NCBI GenBank assembly: GCA_041661605.1 | Contig: JBAZUE010000001.1 | Span: 287,467 to 351,466, forward strand | Reading direction: 5' to 3' | Source: Candidatus Omnitrophota bacterium | GTDB lineage: Bacteria; Omnitrophota; Gorgyraeia; Gygaellales; Profunditerraquicolaceae | Length of the DNA stretch: 64,000 bases | Part shown: positions 47,990 through 54,994 of the stretch, piece by piece | Layout: each line of letters opens with the position of its first letter | Numbering within the stretch: position 1 is the first letter of the stretch | Notes under the pieces: generated by a model | What the model was told of the DNA's origin: nothing | The model's input: the letters and a program-made list of their open reading frames with translations, nothing else | Database searches by the model: none | Position numbers and translations under genes: made by a program

Positions 47990-48598
47990 ATGCCCATGGA
48001 AGAGAAGCCGTATTTGACGCCAAAGCAGGAAAGGGTGCTTAATTTTATCCGAAAACGGGTAGGGGAGAGGCTCCCTCCTACAATCAGGGAAATAGGAGAG
48101 GAGCTGGGGTTTAAGTCCACCGGCACAGTAAGGGATTATTTAAAGGCTTTAATGCAGAAAGGTTTGGTGAGGCGTATGAATAATAAGTCCAGGGCAATTG
48201 AATTGACTGAACGGGCATCTTTTAAAATACCTATAATCGGCACCATAATGGCCGGTAAACCGAATTTGGCTTATGAAGAAATCCAGGGTTATGTTGATGC
48301 AGATGATTTGTTTCTTGGGCGTTTGGGATTTGACGATGTGTTCGCTTTAAGGGTTAAAGGTGACAGCATGATCGATGCCGGCATCCTTGATGGCGATGTC
48401 GCCATTATCAAGAAGCGCCCTAATGCCGACAATAACGATATAGTTGCCGCGTTATTGGATAATAATGAGGTTACTTTAAAAAGACTGCGTAATCGCGCTG
48501 GTAAGTTCCATCTGGAAGCCGCGAATGCAAATTACCCGCCAATTTTCGAAGAGTTTAAAGTTATCGGCAAGCTTATTACAGTAATCAGAAAATATTAA
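47990..48598 (+). CDS. lexA: LexA repressor
   Basis: LTPKQERVLNFI winged-helix N-terminus, AG cleavage site (IMAGKP), S24 peptidase GDSM...K. The track start 47975 lies inside the promoter, so the real start is 47990 or 47996. Confidence 0.9.
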   Translation: MPMEEKPYLTPKQERVLNFIRKRVGERLPPTIREIGEELGFKSTGTVRDYLKALMQKGLVRRMNNKSRAIELTERASFKIPIIGTIMAGKPNLAYEEIQGYVDADDLFLGRLGFDDVFALRVKGDSMIDAGILDGDVAIIKKRPNADNNDIVAALLDNNEVTLKRLRNRAGKFHLEAANANYPPIFEEFKVIGKLITVIRKY

Positions 48599-48609
48599 TT
48601 TGGTGCCGG

Positions 48610-48918
48610 ATGAATCAGAATAGTTTTAGCCCTAAGGCCCGCTGGGACAGGTTTGAACCGGAAACACGCGGCTTTAATCCCGATGCCTTAAATGAGCGTA
48701 TCGAAGTTTTGGTTAATTTTAAACATGCCAGGATATTCCCTAAAAGTTTTGTCTGGCATGGCAAAGAATATGTCATCGATAATATTACTTATAATTGGCA
48801 GGAGCGCATTGGTCAGGCGTTGATCAATTACTTTTCCGTGCTTTGCGCAAACCAGATATACCAGATATCTTTTAATAATTCCACCTTCCGCTGGCAGATT
48901 GACAAACTTATACAATAA
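48610..48918 (+). CDS. hypothetical protein between lexA and dinB
   Basis: 102-aa ORF, co-directional and tightly spaced with lexA and dinB. I recognise no family. Confidence 0.5.
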   Translation: MNQNSFSPKARWDRFEPETRGFNPDALNERIEVLVNFKHARIFPKSFVWHGKEYVIDNITYNWQERIGQALINYFSVLCANQIYQISFNNSTFRWQIDKLIQ

Positions 48919-48945
48919 AAATTCGAACATCTTAAGGTTTGATTT

Positions 48946-50049
48946 ATGATTTTACATGTTGATATGGATGCTTTTTTTGCTTCAATTGAAGAGGCAATTA
49001 ACCCCAGGCTTAAAGGCAAGCCTTTGATTGTCGGCTCGCGTGGCAATAGAATGCACACTGTAGTTTGCGCGGCCAATTATGCGGCTAAAGCCTTAGGCAT
49101 CCACTCCGGTATGCCTACCAGGAGAGCTTATAGTATTTACTCTAAGTTGGAATTTGTGGCAGCTGATCAAGCTAAATATATCTGGACTTCGGAGCAGATT
49201 TTCGAGCTTCTGAAGGGGTTTAAGTTCCCCTTAAACTATGCTTCAATTGATGAATTTCAGCTGGACCTTTCCGGCCACCTAAACCCGGTAAGTTTGGGTA
49301 AAGAAATTAAAACGCAGATATATGCAAACTTTAACATTAGCGCATCGGTGGGTATAGCTAAAAATTGGCTATTGGCTAAGCTGGCTTCCAAGCTAAATAA
49401 ACCGGATGGCTTAACCCTGATTGATGATTCAAACTTTGAACAAACTTTACGTAAAGCCAGCCTGGATAAGCTTTGCGGTATGGGTGGTAAAGGCGGCCAG
49501 ATTTTAATGGCTAAAGGGATAAAAACCTGCTGGGACTTATACCTAGACTTACCGGGATTTTTTAATAATAATCCCGGTAAGTTTGATGAAAATCCCGGTA
49601 AGTCTAGTGAAAAGCCTAAGTCGGTGAGCCATTCATATACCTTACCCAAAGATCAAATAAACCCCCAGGTTATCCAAGCCTGGGTCAGGCTTCTGTCTGA
49701 AATGGTTGCCACAAGGCTTAGGCAGCAAAATCTAACCAGCGCAACTGTTCATCTTTGGCTAAACGGCCCTGAAATTGGTGATTTTGGGGCTCAAAGAACC
49801 CACCAGACATCAACCAATGACGGCTATGAGATTTGCCAAAGAGCCTTTAAGATAATGTCAAAATCTTTCCTTAAGGAGCCCAAAATCCGGGCAATTGGGG
49901 TCACTTGCAGCGGCCTTTCTTGGAACAGCTATCAACCTCTACTTAGCGAAGAAATACGCAGAGAGGGGCTTATTCAGGCCCTGGATCGCATAAATAACCG
50001 CTTTGGGGAGGGGGTAATTTATCCCGCAATTACTGCTTTAACCCGCTAA
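48946..50049 (+). CDS. dinB: DNA polymerase IV (Y-family)
   Basis: ILHVDMDAFFASIE and SIDEFQLDLS catalytic motifs. Confidence 0.9.
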   Translation: MILHVDMDAFFASIEEAINPRLKGKPLIVGSRGNRMHTVVCAANYAAKALGIHSGMPTRRAYSIYSKLEFVAADQAKYIWTSEQIFELLKGFKFPLNYASIDEFQLDLSGHLNPVSLGKEIKTQIYANFNISASVGIAKNWLLAKLASKLNKPDGLTLIDDSNFEQTLRKASLDKLCGMGGKGGQILMAKGIKTCWDLYLDLPGFFNNNPGKFDENPGKSSEKPKSVSHSYTLPKDQINPQVIQAWVRLLSEMVATRLRQQNLTSATVHLWLNGPEIGDFGAQRTHQTSTNDGYEICQRAFKIMSKSFLKEPKIRAIGVTCSGLSWNSYQPLLSEEIRREGLIQALDRINNRFGEGVIYPAITALTR

Positions 50050-50262
50050 AAAATCTTCAATTAAACGTAAAAAATCCTTATAGCCGCATATATAAAGTTT
50101 CCTACAAGTGTTAAGCTTATAGAATAGCGGTAAGTTTAAGTAAAGAGGAAATGCCTTTTCCACAGTTTAAAAACAGCCTTAGATAACTCATTATCCCCTA
50201 TAGACTTATATATACTTACGCAAGATAAGGAAGTTAACATAAGATATATTATAGGAAGTTGC

Positions 50263-50290
50263 TTGACAAGGCCCAAGCTCACGCTATAAT
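50263..50290 (+). promoter_or_regulatory. consensus sigma-70 promoter facing the 3' end of the DUF134 gene
   Basis: TTGACA 50263-50268, 16-nt spacer, TATAAT 50285-50290. Confidence 0.6.
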
Positions 50291-50329
50291 GGTTTAAAGT
50301 AAAATTTTAATGGTTTATTGGAGGTTTAT

Positions 50330-50413
50330 ATGTTTTGGTTGGTGAGAATAGTTCAAATTACCCTGCTTTTTCTTCTGATTTTGTTTCCGTTGGCAGAGTA
50401 TTTTTTGTACTGA
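50330..50413 (+). CDS. 27-aa hydrophobic peptide (candidate small membrane peptide / type I toxin-like)
   Basis: GGAGG 50320-50324 lies 5 nt before the ATG. Own translation: MFWLVRIVQITLLFLLILFPLAEYFLY. Overlaps the 3' end of the convergent DUF134 gene by 56 nt. Confidence 0.4.
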   Translation: MFWLVRIVQITLLFLLILFPLAEYFLY

Positions 50414-50705
50414 TTATATACTGGCCGCCTTGTATTCTAATTAACGATCCGGTAGTTAACCCTTGGGCAATTAGTTTATGCGCCCTCCTAAGGATCCGAC
50501 TAAAGGTTTGTTGGGATATACGCATGGATTTAGCTGCCTCTTTCTGTGCCAAACCCTGATAATCTGCCAATCTTAAGGCCTCAAATTCGTCAATTTTAAG
50601 CTCCACTTCATCAGGCCTTCCTGGTTTGCCTCTGGGGCTAAATTGGCTGATTTTAGGGTCAATTTTGACTATTCTATATTTTCTGGGCCTTCCTCGAGGA
50701 CGCAT
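50358..50705 (-). CDS. DUF134 (UPF0251) predicted DNA-binding protein
   Basis: MRPRGRPRKYRIV N-terminus and sigma-70 region-4-like HTH (LAQKEAAKSMRISQQTFSRILRRA). Confidence 0.85.
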   Translation of the reverse strand: MRPRGRPRKYRIVKIDPKISQFSPRGKPGRPDEVELKIDEFEALRLADYQGLAQKEAAKSMRISQQTFSRILRRAHKLIAQGLTTGSLIRIQGGQYIISTKNTLPTETKSEEKAG

Positions 50706-50736
50706 TTACTTAGTTTTACCTACGTTTAACGCCGGG

Positions 50737-50789
50737 TTTATTATGAGTACCTACTCGCAGTCAATTGGTATTTATTATGGGTACTTACT
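50737..50789. repeat. two 19-nt direct repeats upstream of the DUF134 gene
   Basis: TTTATTATGAGTACCTACT (50737-50755) and TTTATTATGGGTACTTACT (50771-50789) match at 17 of 19 positions. Confidence 0.8.
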
Positions 50790-50839
50790 TATAAATGGTT
50801 ATTTTTTAGGGCCTGCTTGTGCTCAACAGGCCCTAAGAG

Positions 50840-51265
50840 TTATAATTTATAAACTTTATCGCCCTGCCTGACCCGGGAGCTGACTTGCAGCCCGATTTCA
50901 TCGCCTTTTTTGGCGCTCGAGATGTCTACCCGGTCTATTTGCATTGAGGTTATAATTTGAGTAAGATCAGTGGTATGTCCCTTTATCTTTACTGTATTAC
51001 CCATTACCAAAGGTTCTTTTAATTTAATTACCGCGGCTTGTACATGAGGAAAATAATGTGTGATTAAACCAACAAGTTTCCCCTCCTGCTTCTTAACCGA
51101 TTTCTTTGATACAGCTCTTTTTTTAGCTGCCCCTTTCTTAATCGGGAGTTTTTTAGGCGTCTTTTTTACTGTTTTTTTGACCCCTTTTTTAGCCGCTTTC
51201 TTGACTTTTTTCCCTTGTGGTTTGCGCAAGGATTTGCGGGTGCTCAACTTTTTTTTCAAAGCCAT
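50840..51265 (-). CDS. Lys/Ala-rich (histone H1-like tail) protein with C-terminal EF-Tu domain-2-like beta-barrel
   Basis: About 55 N-terminal residues of KKxxKK repeats, then GLITHYFPHVQAAVIKL...GDEIGLQV. Confidence 0.55.
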   Translation of the reverse strand: MALKKKLSTRKSLRKPQGKKVKKAAKKGVKKTVKKTPKKLPIKKGAAKKRAVSKKSVKKQEGKLVGLITHYFPHVQAAVIKLKEPLVMGNTVKIKGHTTDLTQIITSMQIDRVDISSAKKGDEIGLQVSSRVRQGDKVYKL

Positions 51266-51288
51266 GGCGACACCTCCTTTTACAGAGT

Positions 51289-51615
51289 TTAAAGGATTAC
51301 CTCTTCAGATATTGCGGTTATAACCGGTATGCGGCAATATATGCCTAAGGCAGCCTGCATAATACCCCAGATGGAGATTAAGAAAAATAAAGCGTAGCCG
51401 AATACTCCGATTAACCAGCCTAACAAAGGTATTATCGATAGTATAAAAGCCGTAACTTCCATGACGAAAAGTACCAGGCCCTGTTTGGCATGGTAAAGAG
51501 CGAATTTGTTGTCCTTTTTTAGAATCAGGGTAATAATACAAAGGAAACAAACATATGAAATTATGGCGAAGAATTTACCTTCGCGTATTATATTTTCATT
51601 TTCCGGGTTTTCCAT
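51289..51615 (-). CDS. DUF4870 domain membrane protein
   Basis: FAIISYVCFLCIITLILKKDNKFALYHAKQGLVL signature and 3 TM helices. Confidence 0.7.
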   Translation of the reverse strand: MENPENENIIREGKFFAIISYVCFLCIITLILKKDNKFALYHAKQGLVLFVMEVTAFILSIIPLLGWLIGVFGYALFFLISIWGIMQAALGIYCRIPVITAISEEVIL

Positions 51616-51620
51616 TTATC

Positions 51621-52712
51621 TTATTTTTTAATTTCGAGCAAAGAATCCATAGTCCCGTACGGGTTTACCTGCTTTAACGGGTTGCCGGGGTCTTCGGACC
51701 AGTTCCCGTCAATTACAAAACGATACCGGTATTTGCCGTTGTTGAGGTTTATACTTTTAGTCCAACTGCCGTTATTCTGAGTCATGCGGCTATTTTCATC
51801 CAGTTTCCAGTTATTGAATTCACCGGCAAGGTAAACTTCTCTTGCATCCGGGGCTTTAACTGTAAGCGTGATTTCGTTTAATTTTGGAAGGGTTTCTTTT
51901 AAGATCTCTTTCATGCGTTTTTCCAGGCTTTTCTCGGTAACCTGTCCGGCAGGAGCATTTTCCTGGGTAATGATTTCCCGCGAAAGACTGAAATAATCTT
52001 TTGCTCCGCGGCAGTATTTATCATAGTTAAATACGTGCAGGCCTTCGTTCTGGGCTTCCTTCAATTTCACGTTTACATGAATAATATTAGAAAACATCTT
52101 ATTTTTGTAATCAGTTTTAATTTTATCAAGCATCTTAAATGAATGCTGAAGGCGTGAATCAAAATTAGTGACTAAAACATGAAAATCAACTTCATGATTT
52201 AATCTCTCTTTGACCAGGTTGACAATGCTGGTTAATTGGCTTAAGCCTTCCAGGGAAAACCTGCTGGCTTCAACCGGTATTATTATTTCGCTTGCTGAAC
52301 GAATAGCGTTAATGGTTAAAATTCCCAGGTTCGGCGGGCAGTCAATTAAGATATAGTCGTAGTTATTTCTAAATGCAGTCAGGGTATCGCGCAGCCGGCT
52401 TTCCCGGCCGATTTCGCCGCTTAGTTCTTGTTCCAAAGTGCTCAGGATCAAGCTGGATGGCGCGATATCAAAATTCTCGCCTAAATTCTGGATGATTTCT
52501 TCCAGCTGGCATTTTTTATGCGTGATTTTGGAAAGTACATTATAAATACTTAAATCGGCTTTTATATTCAGGCCGCTGGTCGCATGCGCTTGCGGGTCAA
52601 GGTCAATAAGCAGGACTTTGCGGTTATTAGACGCTAAAGCAGCCGCTAAATTTATGGATGTAGTTGTTTTGCCGCAGCCGCCTTTTTGATTAGCGATTGA
52701 TATAATGCGCAT
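51621..52712 (-). CDS. ParA/Soj-type ATPase fused to a C-terminal CBM48 (AMPK-beta type) glycogen-binding domain
   Basis: Deviant Walker A NQKGGCGKTT and IDCPP. C-terminal EVYLAGEFNNWKLD...GKYRYRFVIDGNWSEDPGNP matches the CBM48/AMPK1_CBM pattern. Confidence 0.8.
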   Translation of the reverse strand: MRIISIANQKGGCGKTTTSINLAAALASNNRKVLLIDLDPQAHATSGLNIKADLSIYNVLSKITHKKCQLEEIIQNLGENFDIAPSSLILSTLEQELSGEIGRESRLRDTLTAFRNNYDYILIDCPPNLGILTINAIRSASEIIIPVEASRFSLEGLSQLTSIVNLVKERLNHEVDFHVLVTNFDSRLQHSFKMLDKIKTDYKNKMFSNIIHVNVKLKEAQNEGLHVFNYDKYCRGAKDYFSLSREIITQENAPAGQVTEKSLEKRMKEILKETLPKLNEITLTVKAPDAREVYLAGEFNNWKLDENSRMTQNNGSWTKSINLNNGKYRYRFVIDGNWSEDPGNPLKQVNPYGTMDSLLEIKK

Positions 52713-52749
52713 GAGCGTTTCCTCCTTAGAATTATTCTTTCTTAGTTAG

Positions 52750-53322
52750 CTATTTAACTACCCTGACATCATCTATATAAACAACACCGGATTTTTCTTT
52801 TGCGTTCCATTCTTCAACGCTGAAAGACAATGTTTTCATCTGGCCCCAGTCGTTGATTTTGGCAAACCGGCTTAAATTTATCTCATGGTTTCCCCATTTT
52901 CCCGAAATATCTTTAATGTAAATCTCCGCTTTTTCGTTAAAACGGTTGATAAACTCTACCCTTAAGGCAAATATATCCTTAGGGTTGGTTTTTCTCGCCG
53001 CGAAAACCAAAGTTTTATATTTAGACAGGTTTAATTGTTTAAGTTCCAGGGAAAAAGTTTCTTTTTTAGCGGGGTCAAAATTAAAATTTAATTTAGCGGT
53101 GTCCTGGAATAAAAATAAGGCGATATGCGCGTTATGATTACGATAATTAAGGTTGGAGTAAGCGATGCCGCTGCCTAAACCTAAAACCAACAGTACTCCG
53201 ACGAGGATTAAATTGCGGATTGGTTTTGGATACGCTTTTGACTTGCGTTTTTTCTTTGATGATTTAGAAGAGGCATCCAGGTAAATATTTGCCAGATGCT
53301 CGTAGATTTCTTTCTTGTCCAT
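52750..53322 (-). CDS. single-pass membrane protein with C-terminal beta-sandwich (CBM/CIA30-like, tentative)
   Basis: Lys-rich cytoplasmic N-terminus and TM helix LILVGVLLVLGLGSGIAY. The C-terminal ~130 aa end in VVYIDDVRVV. Confidence 0.5.
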   Translation of the reverse strand: MDKKEIYEHLANIYLDASSKSSKKKRKSKAYPKPIRNLILVGVLLVLGLGSGIAYSNLNYRNHNAHIALFLFQDTAKLNFNFDPAKKETFSLELKQLNLSKYKTLVFAARKTNPKDIFALRVEFINRFNEKAEIYIKDISGKWGNHEINLSRFAKINDWGQMKTLSFSVEEWNAKEKSGVVYIDDVRVVK

Positions 53323-53357
53323 TTGAGTCTATTTTATAACACAAAAGCCAAGCTGTG

Positions 53358-54923
53358 TCAAGGGTTTAGATAGGCTGGCGCGTCCTGTTTAATCAATTTA
53401 TAGAAATTAGTTAAGTGCAGCCGGAATAGACGGTCAAATGAACCATCTGGGTCTTCACCTGCCCACCAAAACCAGTCGCTTCCCTCTAAGATATACATTT
53501 GCTTCCAGGCCAGTTCGCTTACCGGTTCCTTGGATCGTTCTAAGGCTTTTCTGGCATCAGTCAGCCATTCCCAGCACTTTACTTTACTGGGGTTACCTAT
53601 CCATTTGCCGAATTCACCATAAATCCAGGAACCCGCGCTTAAGCGTTTGATTTCAGTTTTTGCAGGGTTATGTTTTAAGTATTCCTCTACGGTTGTTGTC
53701 TTTACGAAATCGCTGTCTGAAATCCGCTGATAAAGTAATTCCAGGAAATCATGGCCGTCATTGCGGAAGAATTCCCAGGCGTTTTCTCCGTCCATGGCGA
53801 TGGTAACTAAAATGTCCTTATCCTTTCCGCCGTAGGCGGATCCGCCTTTGGCGGAAAATGCCTTGTCAATATTTTCCAAGTGCCCCATGAAATTATTTAC
53901 CGCGTCGGTTTCTTTCATGCCATGGTAATTAAAGCCTATTAAGTCCGAAAGATTCCGGTCCCGAAAAACGATGCTAAGTTCTCCTTTTTTTCTTTTTAAG
54001 AGGTGGGGTTGATACAGGAGTTTAGTGTTGCGCCTTTTCAATTTTAAAGATTTAAACAGGATCGCCTCATCCGTAACGATCCAATTTATGCCGGATTCAA
54101 TAATGAATGGCAGGATATGCTCGCTCACCGCTTCTTCCGACGGCCACATGCCCTGGGGGGATGCGCCAAATCTTTGTTTGTAGAATTCTACCGCGCTGTC
54201 GATATGTTTTTTTGCATCGAGCGGGTAGTTAAATTCTTTTTTTGGCAAGATTGTTTTCTTGTTTGCTTCCTTGGCAATATTAGTATTACACAATAAAGGA
54301 AGAATTGGATGATAATATGGAGTAACGCTTATTTCAATCTGTTTATTTTCTTTAAAAAGCCGGTATGCAGGAATGATCTCTTTTAATATTAGCAGCTGTT
54401 TATCTAAAACAATATGCTTGTCCTCTTCTTTGAAAAACCTTTCTTTGGCGGATACTTTTCTTAGTTCGGGAATCTTCTGCCGGAATGATGGATCAATCCA
54501 GGCCAGGTTAAAGTAAAGCTGCAGGTCAAGATAATCCTGGGTGGAGAATTCCGTATTACGTTGTTTTTTAAGGTAAAGTTCATAATAACGAGGGAAAGTT
54601 GCGATGACTTTCTCTTTGTTTATGGAGAAGAAATTCTGCAGGATGAAATCTTTATCGTGCTTAGTCAGTTCAGAGGCGGGTTTTTTGGTCAGTTCGCTGA
54701 ATTTGTCTTTAACTAAGCCGTTATTATAGTCTTCTACTTGTTCAAACAAGGATGGTACTACATTAAAGGTTTGTTTGATCTTTGGAAACTTTTCCAAAAT
54801 CTGCACCATATCCAGGTAATCCTTGACCCCATGCAGCCTGACCCAGGGCAAGTTGCTCTCCTGCGTCAAGAGGTTCTTGTAGTACGGTTGGTGCATATGG
54901 AAGATAAAGGCGAGGTTTAGCAT
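53358..54923 (-). CDS. glycoside hydrolase family 57 alpha-glucan-active enzyme
   Basis: All five GH57 regions are visible: HMHQPYY, QIEISVTPYYHPILPLL, GMWPSEEAV (nucleophile Glu), AMDGENAWE (acid/base Asp), EGSDWFWW. Confidence 0.9.
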   Translation of the reverse strand: MLNLAFIFHMHQPYYKNLLTQESNLPWVRLHGVKDYLDMVQILEKFPKIKQTFNVVPSLFEQVEDYNNGLVKDKFSELTKKPASELTKHDKDFILQNFFSINKEKVIATFPRYYELYLKKQRNTEFSTQDYLDLQLYFNLAWIDPSFRQKIPELRKVSAKERFFKEEDKHIVLDKQLLILKEIIPAYRLFKENKQIEISVTPYYHPILPLLCNTNIAKEANKKTILPKKEFNYPLDAKKHIDSAVEFYKQRFGASPQGMWPSEEAVSEHILPFIIESGINWIVTDEAILFKSLKLKRRNTKLLYQPHLLKRKKGELSIVFRDRNLSDLIGFNYHGMKETDAVNNFMGHLENIDKAFSAKGGSAYGGKDKDILVTIAMDGENAWEFFRNDGHDFLELLYQRISDSDFVKTTTVEEYLKHNPAKTEIKRLSAGSWIYGEFGKWIGNPSKVKCWEWLTDARKALERSKEPVSELAWKQMYILEGSDWFWWAGEDPDGSFDRLFRLHLTNFYKLIKQDAPAYLNP

Positions 54924-54940
54924 AAATTTAATTATTAAAA

Positions 54941-54972
54941 AACCCTCGGGAGATTTGCATCCCCCGAGGGTT
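54941..54972 (-). terminator. rho-independent terminator downstream of the porin gene
   Basis: Stem AACCCTCGGG / CCCGAGGGTT with an 11 to 12 nt loop. Read on the minus strand it is followed by TTTTTTAATAAT. Confidence 0.75.
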
Positions 54973-54994
54973 TAGTATTTCTACATAAGTTGTA

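Noticed and set aside
50050-50262. AT-rich ~210-nt gap after dinB with several TATAG-containing short motifs, considered as a mobile-element scar or an ncRNA
   Set aside because: I could see no convincing inverted or direct repeats, no stable structure and no ORF. The evidence is insufficient.
50335-50559. 74-aa plus-strand track ORF antisense to the DUF134 gene
   Set aside because: It uses a non-ATG start with no SD and is entirely antisense to a well-supported gene. The 27-aa ORF in another frame, with a proper SD, better explains the upstream promoter.
50806-50836. 10-bp GC-rich hairpin (TTAGGGCCTG...CAGGCCCTAA) directly after the Lys-rich gene, considered as an intrinsic terminator
   Set aside because: On the transcribed minus strand it is followed by an A-run, not a U-run. 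On the plus strand the T-run comes before the stem. I therefore did not call it a terminator, though it may still act as a stabiliser or binding site.
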